In this document: positions 13,143-27,271 of the stretch, in pieces | Numbering within the stretch: the first letter of the stretch is position 1 | How the letters are laid out: every line of letters starts with the position of its first letter | Assembly: GCA_951406725.2 (NCBI GenBank) | Contig: OX597821.1 | Coordinates: 107,074,001-107,138,000 of the forward strand | Length of the DNA stretch: 64,000 nt | Reading direction: 5' to 3' | Source of the DNA: Octopus vulgaris | Taxonomy: Eukaryota | The notes under the pieces: model-generated | What the model saw: the letters and a program-made list of their open reading frames with translations, nothing else | Told to the model about the DNA's origin: nothing | Database searches by the model: none | Position numbers and translations under genes: made by a program

Positions 13143-13726
13143 TTTATCCATTTCGGATTTGCTCAATTTGACGTACAGACTATTTAATTATTTTTTTTTT
13201 AACTAAACACTTTGAAACTTCCAATACTGGTACAAGGTGTCACATACAACAGGGTTTACTCTTACTGTTTTTGACAAAATTTTGTATTTTCGAAGTTATT
13301 TCGTCACAAGTTACAGACTGACAATGGACAAATTCATGTTTGATAAGTGCCAATACACGAAACTCTCAGGTTTTAATTTAATCTCTAACTTCTACCGATG
13401 ATATATATGCATATTATACCTGTACGTGTAAAAAAATCTCATCACGCAATCAAACCAATGAAAGAGCCTCTACCTGGTCTCTCGACACGCTAAACATAGC
13501 AGCCAATATATCCCCTACCCAGTATTTATATGTTTTCTTATATAATTCTCTAGAACAATACTATGTGAAAGCCAAATATATGACATCCTAGGCATAACAC
13601 CAACATGATCTTTTAACTTGTCTCATGAGGTCCCTGGGTGAGACTTGGAGCCAACTTGTTTAAATAAAAAGCAAAAGTCAAACATATAATAATAATGATG
13701 AGGAGGAGGAGGATAATAATAATAAA

Positions 13727-13959
13727 AGGCGGCGAGCTGGCAGAAACGTTAGCACGCCGGGCGAAATGCGTAGCCGTATTTCGTCTGCCGTTACATTCTG
13801 AGTTCAAATTCCGTCGAGGTCGACTTTGCCTTTCATCATTTCGAGGTCCATAAATTAAGTACCAGTTGTGCACTGGGGTCGATATAATTGACTTGATCCG
13901 TTTGTGAATCCTTGTTTGTCCTCTCTATGTTTAGCCCCTTGTGGGTAGTAACGAAATAG

Positions 13960-13960
<1 letters not shown>
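13727..13960 (+). mobile_element. tRNA-derived SINE, family 1
   Basis: Homologous to 12866-13080. Confidence 0.85.
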
Positions 13961-14027
<67 letters not shown>

Positions 14028-14479
14028 AAGAAGAACAACAACAACAACAACAACAACAGCAACAACAACAATAATAACAACAATAATAAATATGTTTGGA
14101 ATAGCAAAAGACATGGAGAAAATGCTTATTGAACGTATGAGACGTTGGAATGCTGAATAAAACTCGAAAAGGAGAAACTCAGACGTGGAATATTCCAAGG
14201 CGATAGCTTATTAGCTTATATCCATTACAATTCGTATTGGCCCCGAGACTGTTCGCTATGATACCACGCAAAGTGCTTAGAATTAAGTGAAAGGAATTGA
14301 ATAATATAAAGGTTTATGCAAAAAAAATGATTAACAGTTTGCAAGTCCTGTATATGCCATATGCATTTTCTCAAATGGCGCTGGTATCGAATTAAGAGTA
14401 GGAAAGTGCGCTATATTTAAGGCGAAAAGAAGAAGATTAAAATGAAAATTGTAATGCCAAATGGGTATTTAACAACATA

Positions 14480-14552
14480 CTAATAATAATGAGGAAGATT
14501 TATAATAATAATAGTAATAATAATAATAATAATGATAATAATAATAATAATG

Positions 14553-14610
<58 letters not shown>

Positions 14611-14639
14611 TGATGATGATGATGATGATGATAATATTG

Positions 14640-14732
<93 letters not shown>

Positions 14733-14735
14733 TTG

Positions 14736-14793
<58 letters not shown>
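14480..14793. repeat. (AAT)n/(GAT)n microsatellite
   Basis: Directly visible. Confidence 0.95.
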
Positions 14794-14798
<5 letters not shown>

Positions 14799-15350
14799 GC
14801 TCTGATGCAGTACCAGGCAGTGGCTCTCGTGGCTTCTGATCTTAACTGATTGAAAGTGTTATCATGTACATTGTTTTGTCTTCGTATAAAAGATGAGCTA
14901 CAGCAAATATTTTGCTCAATACCATAGATTTGCTTGTCAGTTGTTTGATCTTAACCAGCTAAGCATGTCTCTTAATACCTGACGATACGCGCATCTCTGA
15001 TCACGAGCAGAAGTAGTGGGGGAGCATCATAGCCATGTGTTGAGAGGGATTCTTTGGGGTTTTAATAATTCACCTCTGGAAACATGGGTGTTTCATTCAA
15101 CATACTTAAACAACCCTTATTTAGGGACCTTTTGAGCGGGATGGGTTACTCGATCAGAAGAAAATTCTAACTGGACCCCACCTGCAAGTTCATGCGTTGT
15201 TTATCTTGATATGAGATCACCACGTCGCGTACATATGATTGTGATGCATGTTCCTGGTGCACCCTTATCAGACGGGTAGTCATGATGGGTACACTGGGTT
15301 TCGTATATCTTACCCCAGTGTCACTTTGATGGCATGCACAGCTCTTTCGC

Positions 15351-15395
<45 letters not shown>

Positions 15396-15910
15396 GTAAT
15401 AAATGCCCTGATGCCGTACCAGACAGGGGCTCCCTTGGCTTCTGATCTTAATTGATTGGAAGTGTTATCATCTACAATGTTTTGTCTTGATATAAAAGAT
15501 GAGCTACAGCGAATATTCTGCTCAATACCATAAATTTCCCTGTCAGTTGTTTGACTCTAACCAGTTGAGTATGTCCCTTATTGGCTGACGATATCTGCAT
15601 CTCTAATCACGTAGTGGGGGCGCACCATATCCATCTGTTGAGAGGAATTATTTGGGCTTTAGACAATTCAACTTTGGAAACATGCGTTCAGCATCTTTAA
15701 ATGCCCTTATTCAAGGAACATTTGAGTAGAATGAGCTAGTTAACCTGACGAAAATTCTAACTGGGCCCCACCTGCAAGATCATGCGCTGTTTATCATGAT
15801 ATGAGGTTACCATGTCGACCACATGTGACTGTGTTGCATGTGCCTGGTGTACCCTTATCAGACGGGTAGTCATGATGAGTATACTGGACTTCGTATATTT
15901 TACCCGTTTC
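14794..15910 (+). mobile_element. Two tandem copies (14794-15350, 15400-15910) of a ~550-bp non-coding repeat associated with (AAT)n
   Basis: Both begin AAATGC(T/C)CTGATGC(A/C)GTACCAG; further copies at 17062-17480 (+) and 49230-49777 (-). Confidence 0.8.
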
Positions 15911-15912
15911 AC

Positions 15913-16488
<576 letters not shown>

Positions 16489-16927
16489 AGGAAGATTTGA
16501 AGGAAGCTAGGGAATTGAAATGTCAAGTGGGAAAACAATGAGAGCGTTTGAGAAACGGCAGAGGTATAAGTGTTTGGGAATCCGGGAAGCATACGAGATA
16601 ATAATTTAAGAAATTATACAAATTATCAGCAGGGAGTACACAAGGAGAGTCAAGAAACTGAATTCCCAAAATCTTATGGAAGCAATAAATTCAAGAACAG
16701 TTTGCCTTAATCAGATATGGAGTTGGAATTATAGACTGAATCAGAAACGATACGAAAAAAATTTGACAGAAAAATTAGGAAGTTGTTGACAATGTCTGGA
16801 GCCCACCATCGGAAAAGGCTTAATAGCAATAAAAGAATGTGTACAGATGGAAAGAAAATGTTTAGTAAAGTATTGGGTTGTCCGGAAAATAATGATAATA
16901 ATAATAATGATGATGATGATAATATTG

Positions 16928-17008
<81 letters not shown>

Positions 17009-17061
17009 TTGATAATAATAATAACAATAATAATAGTAATAATAATAACAATAATAATAAT

Positions 17062-17482
17062 AAATGCTCTGATGCAGTACCAGGCAGTGGCTCTCGTGGC
17101 TTCTGATCTTAACTGATTGAAAGTGTTATCATGTACATTGTTTTGTCTTCGTATAAAAGATGGGCTATAGCAAATATTTTGCTCAATACCATAGATTTGC
17201 TTGTCAGTTGTTTGACCTTAACCAGCTAAGCATGTTCCTTAATGCCTGACGATACGCGCATCTCTGATCACGAGCAGAAGTAGTGGGGGAGCATCATAGC
17301 CATGTGTTGAGAGGGATTCTTTGGGGTTTTAATAATTCACCTCTGGAAACATGGGTGTTTTATTCAACATACTTAAACAACCCTTATTTAGGGACCTTTT
17401 GAGCAGGATGGGTTACTCGACCAGAAGAAAATTCTGACTGGACCCCACCTGCAAGGTCATGCGTTGTTTATCTTGATATGAG
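17062..17482 (+). mobile_element. Copy of the (AAT)n-associated repeat, nearly identical to 14794-15215
   Basis: Near-identical sequence, including the interruption pattern of the preceding microsatellite. Confidence 0.85.
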
Positions 17483-19096
17483 CTCATATTTCGACTTATT
17501 TTAGAACATGGTTGAGTCCATAAAATAGGATTTGACTACACCTCTATTTAGAGCACAGTTTAAGCTATTTTCTCGTGGAAGAAGGTTTATGTTCCTATAA
17601 CCCTTTAAAATGGAAAATTAGAAAGTTTATTTTCGGCACTTGATGCTTTGGGAACCAGACAAAAATTGCTGCAGCTCGGCCTAGATGTGTTACCCCACCC
17701 TCCATATTCACCACATATTGCTCTTTCGGATTTCCACCTATACATGTCTTCGCAGAATAGTCTTAATGGTAAAAATTCAATTCCCTGATTGACGTAAAAA
17801 GATACCCAGATAAATTCTTTGCCATGAAACCACCTCAATTCTGAGAAGAGGGTATTTTCAATTTAAAGGAAAGATGGAGATGCATTGTGCAACAAAATGG
17901 TTCATATTTGGCTGATTAAAAATGTACTGGCAGGTATTTATTGACCTTTTTCTTTCCTTTAAAAACCGGCACGAACTTTCCGGGCAACGTAATATTTACA
18001 GAACACCACTAAAGGCAGTTAATAAAGAACAGGTGATGAAGTGCGTAATTAGAGAAAAGGACAAGAAGGAAATACAAGGGAGTACGTGAGAGAGATTGAA
18101 GAGAAACTTCTGGGTTGGAAATTTTGGAAAGACACTGAAGACGTATGTCTTAAAAAATCCTAGGTTTTGGAGAAAAAAGGAGCGGAATTAAAAAAGTAAA
18201 ATATAGAAAAAATTAGATATGAAAAAAATGTGTTCGCATGCTCCAAATTCTTCCTATTTCAAACTTTACGTAATTGTAATTTCTATCTTTTCTCCCTCTT
18301 TCTTTGCGATCCTGTATCAAACAGGCATATTGGGTCAACTAGTCACCAATTACGTTTTTCCTTATCTATAATTGCTATGTCCGGTCTAACTTCTTGTCCG
18401 TTTGAACAGAAAAGTCCCAGCCTTACATTTCTCCCACTTCAATATTCATTCGTTTGATGGTGGTACTAGCTGTGTTTCCAGCTATAAATCCCAATTTCTG
18501 GTAAGAAGAACAGGAAGTAAACTATAAGGAAATGCCGAATGATCCAAACAGCATTCATAAATTAAAATTGACGTTTTCCAAAAATTGTTTAACAGATGAG
18601 TCATTGTTATTCAAGTTATTAGAATGTTTTTCAAGTGTGTCCTAAAAATAGAACCTTTGCTGAAACGGGACAATAGCGCATCCATGTGACTAGTTTTCTA
18701 ACCCTTCACTCAAGCCTTCTGCATTTCTTGGATAAGCGAGATTTTGTTTGGCGGTCCTAAGACGTTTCACGAAGAATGGTAGTTAAGGCCGACGACCAAG
18801 AGAGAGAAAGTGTGAAAGAATGAATGATGGAATGTGAGAGTGAGTAGAATGCCTGTAGTGATAATAACCATACTGGTAGAGATGGAAGATTTTCATCCAT
18901 TATTTCAGATCTATCTCATGTTCACACTTGGGAAATAAAAGTGGTAATACGGATATCGGAAGGAAAGATATCAAGAAACTTCAAAAACCGATGAAATTGG
19001 GATAAAATATTCGACATCTTTTATGATGTAATATGTAAAATAAAATAAAAATGAAGTTAAAATTAAATTACGATTATATATTATTATATAACTTAC

Positions 19097-20047
19097 CGAT
19101 TTATTTAAAAGAACCCCAATCCACACCATTCGGATCAACTGCATCGTGATCACCGAAGACACAAACATAGCGAAAACGTAATCAGAGAGTATAATTGTTA
19201 ATGAATCATTTATAATTACATAAGTAGCAATACAACATCCAGTAATACTATTTAATGCGATCAACCCTGAAGACAACTGAAATGATTCATTCAATAAATT
19301 CAGTGTTTTACTCAGAGTATCATGTGAGTTACATATTTCTGGAATCTCTTTATATTTCTTAAAGAAATACGAAGTATCTGAATGCTTTTCTTTTACGTAT
19401 CTCTCAGCCTCGCACGCTACTTTATTAAATTCATACTGCAGTGCAGTTCCAATTGCGAGATTGATATACCAATCAAATAGCATGCCCGTGAGTGCTATAC
19501 AATCAAATAAAACGTGGGTTAATGAAATAATTAAGTCAAGAAGTTTGTTGGTTTTGAAAATAGTTGTTGAGAAATTCCAAACAGTGTTAATGAAAAACGG
19601 GAGAACGTATACCATGGTATTGAGTATAATGGGCGGCAGCAATACAACTATAGAAAGTGATATAAAAGAAAATATTAAGTTATTGTTATAGAATTTTTCA
19701 TCGTCTTCTTTAATTGTAAGTTCGGTGAATGCTTCGAGTATTTCTTTGTCTTTAGATTTTTGGAAGAATTTGATCAGACAGTAGAGTGAGACCAAACATT
19801 GAAGAAATAATGCATACATATGTACAAATATTCTATCAGTTTCGCGATGATACGATTCTATTGTATAATACATATATATAATGGGGTTTGTAATCAGATA
19901 TACAGAATACAGGATGTAAAAGGCAGAGATACAGATATTTTTACATTTGAGAGATTTCAGTGATATGTTCATAAGTGATGTCTTAGAAATATTAATTTTC
20001 CCATAAAATTGTAGTAGTTTGTAGAATCGTGTTTCTTTTAGTTCCAT
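19097..20047 (-). CDS. Unit C: intact GRL-like chemoreceptor first coding exon (317 codons)
   Basis: ATG at 20047 (MELKETRFYK), open to WIGVLLNKS, then GTAAGT; 951 nt; paralogous to unit B. Confidence 0.85.
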
Positions 20048-20340
20048 ACTCTTTGTAATAGAATATATCTCACAACTTTTATATAAAGAGTTAAACACGT
20101 TGAACTAAAACATAGAAGCCTTATTGCTGTGTAAGATCTCTAGTCCTTCAATTTTGCTTCTATAAGTTGTGAGTGCTGCAAAGCTTCGTGTGTTACGAAA
20201 CGACTGGATATAAAGATATCGGATAAAGCTCTTATATAATGCGACTCGCTTTGTTTGTATGTAGGGATTATTTCGAACCTGTTGCTATGGATTTAAAATA
20301 CATGTCAAATTGAATATTGCTCGATAAGCTTCTTAAGTCA
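20048..20340 (-). promoter_or_regulatory. Unit C putative 5' UTR and promoter
   Basis: Minus-strand TATATAAG at ~20231-20238, GTTGCTATGGAT at 20281 and TAAGCTTCTTAA at ~20325. Confidence 0.6.
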
Positions 20341-20416
20341 TAAATCTTAAATGATTTGTATTCAATCAACACCTTTTAATGCGTATAGAAAAATGAATAG
20401 CTATCTCTCTCTCTCA

Positions 20417-20455
<39 letters not shown>

Positions 20456-20654
20456 AAGCTGAGAATGTGTGTGTGAGTGTGTATATCTGCCTCTGTGTGT
20501 GAGTGTGTATATCTGCCGGTGTGTGTGTGTCTGTCTGTCTCTGTGCCTGACGTATCGTATTCAAACTTTTCACAAGATTTAGGTTCCATGGAGAATCATT
20601 GGCCAAATAAATTTACATCATATTGCTCAATACGAACCAACTTGGCAAAAATCA

Positions 20655-21097
20655 CAAATGATTTTTACCAAGTGTTCAGCGCGGAAATAAAACCTCGTAG
20701 GTTAATTTATATTGACATTATATAATTATATGCATAATTATAACAAGGCCTTGCCTTGCGCATCACCACGCGCTAAAAATTAAACCTCAAAAGACACTAT
20801 TGGTATCATAAATTCTCCGAGAAAAATACTCTGCATATAGGCTAGTAGAAAATGAATTACAACTTTGGTCAACCGCGTACATGGTAGTGTTTCGGGCTTA
20901 AAGTAATAAAGAACTTTATCTTTTGGCCTTCATCAGCGACGGTATTGTGGCAATAGTGTCTTTTGACGTCTATGTTTCAGTGCGTGGTGAGGCGCAAGCC
21001 AAACTCTTGTTATAATTATGTATATAATTATAAAATATGTATATAAATCTACTTACGTGGTTTTATTTCTGCGCTGAGCACTTGTTAAAAATCATTT
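20655..21097. mobile_element. MITE-like inverted repeat with ~155-bp diverged arms
   Basis: AAATGATTTTTACCAAGTG...AAAAGACACTATTG is mirrored by CAATAGTGTCTTTT...CACTTGTTAAAAATCATTT; a partial third arm lies near 21420-21480. Confidence 0.7.
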
Positions 21098-21506
21098 ATT
21101 ATTTTACCCTTTATTATGATTATAATTAATATTTGAAAAAATGTTTACTCCTTGATCAAAACTGTATTAACTGCAGTGTTGATCTTTAACATACTACACG
21201 TGACTATAAGAGAAGGATATGAATTCTAATCCGCAGCATATATCTGCGAGTCTCAACGGGTATAAGATAAGCGATGGCGCAGTTTCCTTGCAAATCCGTG
21301 GCCACTCGTATTTATATGCCTGGGTATACCGACGCTAATGAAGGCAAAAATATAACGATTTTTATTATTGTGGTGAGACGCATGTCTCACCAAAGAAATG
21401 AAAAACCGGGCTCACATTACTGGTGAGGCCCAAGCCAAGGCCGTGTTATAATTATGTATATAATTATAATATATACATATATATATCCGTTTCTCTATAT
21501 AAATAG

Positions 21507-21558
<52 letters not shown>

Positions 21559-22040
21559 TTCCGTTTTTCGTAGGGTAAAGACGTGTTGCTTTGCTCTGTG
21601 ACAAAAATAAACACAAAAAGGTTTGCACAAATCGACGAATTAATGGGCGAAAATTGATAAAAAACGTAAAACTTCCTATCTCATAGCGGTCTACTAGGAT
21701 ATATTTGTTAAAAACCGTAATATATTTCGCTTCAAGTCAAATATAATACACTAAAGTTAATTACGCACGCCAGATTTCCCGTCGAAAAAGCACGTGGTAA
21801 CATCTCTTAAGTTTATTCCCAATCGACTTCAACAAGCAAAATTAACCGTTTTTCTTTGGGCCTTCTACCTCATATAAGATAAGTACCCCTTTTCATTTGT
21901 TTATTTTCCCGTAATTCAATGTAAGGACCTATTCTCCGTTCACATTCTGCTAACAACTTTCACTTTCTGTTTCAGCTCCGTTACATCTCTTTAAAATTAT
22001 TCAATTTTAGGTAGGCATATATTTATTTGTTGCTTTATTT

Positions 22041-22084
<44 letters not shown>

Positions 22085-22739
22085 TCAGCCCCTCAATCTC
22101 CCTAAATATATAGACGCGAACATTAAAAGTATAGTCGCAATTAGTTTAGTTTAGAAGAAAACGTTTGTAGCTACGGATAGGTATATATTTATAATTTACA
22201 TTCTGTTAATAATCTTTCACCTTCTGTTTCAGCTTCGTAACCTCCTGTCTTTCTTTTGTTTCTTCATTTCTCTCTATCACACCATCATTCTTCTCTCAGC
22301 CGCTCAATCTTTTGCATCACTTCCTCTCTTTCATCTCTTTCTCTATCACACCATATTTCTTCTCTCAGCCTCTCTATCTTCTTAAATATATAGACACTCT
22401 CTCACTCTCTCCTTATCTTTTCTCAGCCGCTCAATCTTTTGCATAACCTCCTCTCTTTCATTTCTTTCTCTCTCTGTCACTTCACTCCTCTCCCTCACGC
22501 CTCTTTCCTTGTCTCTTCACTTCTCCACTACTCTCTGTCACACCATCTTTCCTCTCTCAGCCTCTCAATTTTTTCTAGATGCGAACATTCTCCTCTCACT
22601 CTCTCCTACTCTCTTCTTATCTTCTCTCAGCTCTCAATCTCTCTAAATACATAGACACTTTTTTCTCTATTTCTTATCTACCCTCTATCACACTATTAAA
22701 TTTTAAATATAATTAGATAGATGAATAAATAAAATATCC

Positions 22740-25700
22740 AAAAATATCCAGAACCTGGAAGAGTAACGAATTGGCGTTGTTCCGGAGAGCCTGGCAATGC
22801 GCCGACGGCGATAATCCGAACAACATAATTACAGCTGCGCTGAAGAGCAGTGGATATACAAGGACAATAGCGCAGATAGAGCGAAAGAAGCAGGAGTTTA
22901 TATGCTCCTATGCACTCATAAGATCTCACATGGGCACGCTTGATGCCATCTTTGACAACGAACAAAGTAAAGATGGCAAGGTTGGAGGCACGGGTGCTGA
23001 TGAAAGATGTTACCCCCACTTGGTAGACACCGAGGACAACAACAGAGAAGATAATTCAAGTGAGAAACCTGCCCGGGAAGTAAATGCCAGTGCAAGTGCC
23101 CCTACCAGCACTAAAAGCCAAAACCATGGAGATGAAAAAGCCAAAAAGGAAGTAAAAGGAGGAAAAACTAAAAGAAAAACAAGAGATGAAACAGCCAAAG
23201 AAGGAAAAACTAAAACTCAAAGAGAACCAAAAGATGAAACAGCCAAGGATAGAAGCAAACCTGACTATCAATGTACCAAAAAGGATAGAAAGAGACAGCG
23301 CACACGGATGTGTAAATTCTACCTGAAAGGTGTCTGCTGGCATGGAGAGGAAGGTGCAGACTGCCGTTTTGTACACCAAAGACCCCGCCACATAAACATG
23401 AAACAGGTCAGAAACCAACTACCAAAAGGAAAAGGAATGGACCACGCCCCACCTGCTCCAAAACGGAGGTACGCAGATGTGGTGGGTGCTACAAAACGCC
23501 AACATGTTATTGAAAGGGCGGCATGTTATTGTGCATGGCACAAAAGATTGTACAGCAGCTAACCTGGCTCCATCAAACTCAATCTCGCAGATGGGACTAT
23601 CGACAATACACAAGACCGCCACAGCAAATAGACCCAAGGTTGACACCACCGGCAACAGCATACACATCACCTCGATGCTCCTACTGAACATCAGAGGACA
23701 GCTAACACTCAGTAAGGGGACAAAAATCCCGTTCTTGAGAGACTTTGTTGCATGAAATCAAGCCTTATGCATAGCACTTACGGAAACACACCTGAAACCG
23801 GACATAGCAGATGCGGAAATACACATACCACAGTGTGGTGTTGTACCACGGACCGACAGAAAAGAAAGGAGTCATGGAGGTGTTGCTATGTACATCTGCG
23901 AGGACCTCACACCCCAGGTCCTTTTGTCATTCTCAAATTCGGTGTGTGACACAGTAATTGTACATATAAGGCAACTTGGTGTAGATATATGTGTTACATA
24001 TCGCCCTCCAGATGCCCCAAGCCATGTAGGCAAGTTTGAAGACTGCATTATAAAAGTAGAAGTTCTAGTAACGTTAGAACAACACATAATTGTACTTCTT
24101 ATGAGAGACTTCAATCTACCCAATGTCAGATGGCCCGAGGGCCTTTCTCTCCCAGGAATGACATGATGTGAACGAGGACAGACGAGGTCCCTCCTGAACC
24201 TCATCAACACTCTGTACATGGAGCAAGTAATACTCCAACAAACCAGGGCAGGTAATATACTGAATCTCTTCTTCACAAATAATATGGATCTCATCCATAA
24301 TGTGAAAGTGACACCGACAATACTCTCGGATCACAACATGGTAGAGCTGACCATGTACTGTCCAAAGTAAAGCATGGACATGCAGCCTACAAGAAACTCT
24401 CAGAATCTTTTCAGCTTGAACTTCCATAAGGCAAACTGGAGACAAATTGAGAAAGAGATCCTCAAAAAAAACTGGCCTGAATGTCTCTTCTCGCCAGACA
24501 TCGACATGAAACTTCAACAATTCATGTCTGTAATGCAAGCCATATGCTACAAATGTGTCCCAGAGAGAAAGGCCACTGTACACAAGAACAAAATCCCCAT
24601 AGAGAGGAAAATTCTAATGAGACGGCGTACAAAGGTTTCAAATCGCCTAAACAAACGAATTGAAAGCAGTGAAAAGTCCCGCCTAAACATAAAACAGTTG
24701 GAAATTGAAAATTGTCTGCAACTCTCACTTGAAAAAGAAAAAGCAGACAAAGAAGCCTGGGCTATAGGCATCATAATATCTAACCCCAGAGCTTTCTACA
24801 GGTATGCCAAATAAACAGCTGTGGTGCACTGTAGGATAGGGCCACTCCTTGAAAAGGATTGCACTCTCACAGGAAATCCAATGAGAGTAAGTGAAATACT
24901 AAATGAGCAATTCAACAGTATTTCCCTCCACCCCTAGGGCATTTTCAAGTCAGCAATCCAACTGACTTCTTTACCACTGCAGATATAAAATCAGTGGCAG
25001 CGATGATTGATTACATCAATATAAAGGAAGACGATGTAATAAAGGCTATAGATGAAATGAAAACAAACTCAGCTACAGGCCCCGATGGATTCCCAGCAAT
25101 CCTTCTAAAAGTATGTAAGAGAGTCCTAGCAGGACCACTGCAGTTCCTCTTTCAGAGCTTCCTTGCAACTGGCAAACTTCCAAGAAAACTAAAGGACGGT
25201 AAAATATGCCCTATTCATAAACGAGGTAGCAGAGCGGAGGCCAAGAACTACAGACCTATCTCTCTGACCTCACACATCAGCAAGGTCATGGAACGAATAG
25301 TCAGAAGGAAACTAATTACCTTCGTTGAAGAAAATGACTTGCTGCCTGACACCCAACATGGTTTCCGACCAGGAAGAAGCTGCTTAACTCAGCTCCTACA
25401 ACACTATGACTGGGTGCTGAAACGACTACTCAACCACTCAAATGTGGAAGTCATATATCGCGACTTTGCAAAGGCCTTTCATAAAGTCGATCATGGTATG
25501 ATATGTCACAAACTGAATGATCCTGGCATAGTTGGAAAATTGGGAGAATGGCTTCATGACTTTCTGAAGGATAGAAGTCAGGTGGTAGTAGCCAATGAGG
25601 CAACCTCCATTAACACACAAATAGTGAGCGGTGTTCCGCAGGTTACTGTTTTGGGACCACTACTGTTCATGATGGCCCTCACAGACATGCCCTCAGCCAC

Positions 25701-26699
25701 GATCATAAGTTATGCAGATGATACAAAAGTTTCACAGGCAATACAGTACCCTGAAGACAATAAACACCTGCAATGTGAGCTGGACAAAATATACAAGTGG
25801 GCTGAAAAGAATAGCATGCAGTTCAATGCTGAAAAGTTTCAAGTTTTATGCTATCAGCATGCAAAGCTAAATGCAATACCCAATAAATACACTGGACCTT
25901 GATGGATTGCAATCCCAGAGGCACAATCGGTGCGAGACCTGGGTATTTACATGAGTGATGATGCAATCTTTCATGTGCATGTTGCTAAACTGGCAATGAA
26001 ATGTAGGCGGCTGACCGGATGGATTCTTAGAACCTTTAGAACAAGAGACCAGGAAACCATGATGGTCCTCTGGAGGACATTTGTCCTAAGCCACTTTGAC
26101 TATTGCTCTCAGCTATGGTCACCATCCAGTGTCAAGTTAATCACAGAACTTGAGGCGATCCAACGAAGCTACACGAAGAAGATAAACTCTGTGCAGCATA
26201 TAAGCTACTAGGAAATACTCAAGAGATTAAGACTCTATTCCTTAGAGCGTAGGCGAGAACGATATGGCATAAAATACATCAGGAAGATCCTAGAAGGACT
26301 TGTCCCAAACTTTGGCATCGAGAGTTACACAAATGCCAGAACTGGGCGCCACTGCATAGTGCCAAGGACTCCAAATTTGCCATCAAGATGTAGGACGAGT
26401 TATTGTGATAGCCTGGGTTTCCAGGACCCACATCTCTTCAATATCCTCCCGAAGAACCTGTGAGACCTGCATGGGGTGGATGCAGATGTCTTTAAAATAT
26501 CTCTTCTTGTCAGGTGTCCCAAATGAACCAACTTCACGGCATTAGGTGCAGATGAAAGCAGCTGCATCGAACTCTCTCATGCACCAAATGGCAGTTGCTA
26601 AAAATCATTCGTGAAGTAATATCATGTAGCAAACCCAAATGGCGGTGCCCCTGCATGGCCACAGCTTGTGAGCTGAAACTAGATAAAAATGAAAAATAA

Positions 26700-26703
<4 letters not shown>
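22740..26703 (+). mobile_element. Near full-length degenerate CR1/L2-group LINE (ORF1, APE and RT)
   Basis: ORF1-like 22771-23562; APE motifs (LLNIRG, ALTETHL, YRPPD, DFNLP, SDHNMV); RT 24994-25902 (GPDG, NYRPISLTS, QHGFRPGRSC, GVPQ..VLGPLLF, YADD); many stops and frameshifts. Confidence 0.92.
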
Positions 26704-26747
<44 letters not shown>

Positions 26748-26936
26748 TTGCATCTATATATGTGCATATATCTCTACCCAAGTATGAATATAAATGTATA
26801 TATATATATAATTTTCCGTTTCCATGTATATGTATAGAAGTATATGCATAAACGTATATTTATACATGTATACATACATGTATATATTTAGTTGCATGTT
26901 TATATATCTATATCTATATCTATATCTATATCTATC

Positions 26937-27002
<66 letters not shown>

Positions 27003-27271
27003 AATGTATACATATAGATTTAGATGTATGTATGTACATTGTATATATACGTGTATGCATATATGTATATATATATATTGTGCTAGAGGTGGAAGATTTT
27101 CGTTCATTATTTCACCTGTATCGCATATTCATATTTGGGAATCGAAAGGTGCAAGACGGGTATCTGAAAGGAAGAAATCACATGAATTTAAAACACCAAT
27201 GAAATTGGGATAACGTGTTCGACATGTGTTACTAAAGAAAAACTACGATTATATATTATTACATAACTTAC

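Noticed and set aside
17485-18200. Possible unique exon between units C and B
   Set aside because: No hydrophobic TM7-like ORF with splice sites; fragments such as KINFLIFP look like a decayed Penelope 3' end, too weak to annotate.
18971-19096. C-terminal tails of the listed ORFs (VSYIII...)
   Set aside because: VSY is the translation of GTAAGTTAT, the splice donor. Tail length and sequence vary between units, so this is intron read-through.
20048-20098. N-terminal extensions (MFNSLYKS..., MNGFNS...) in the ORF track
   Set aside because: They start at GTG or TTG. The ATG shared by all units with a visible 5' end is that of MELK.
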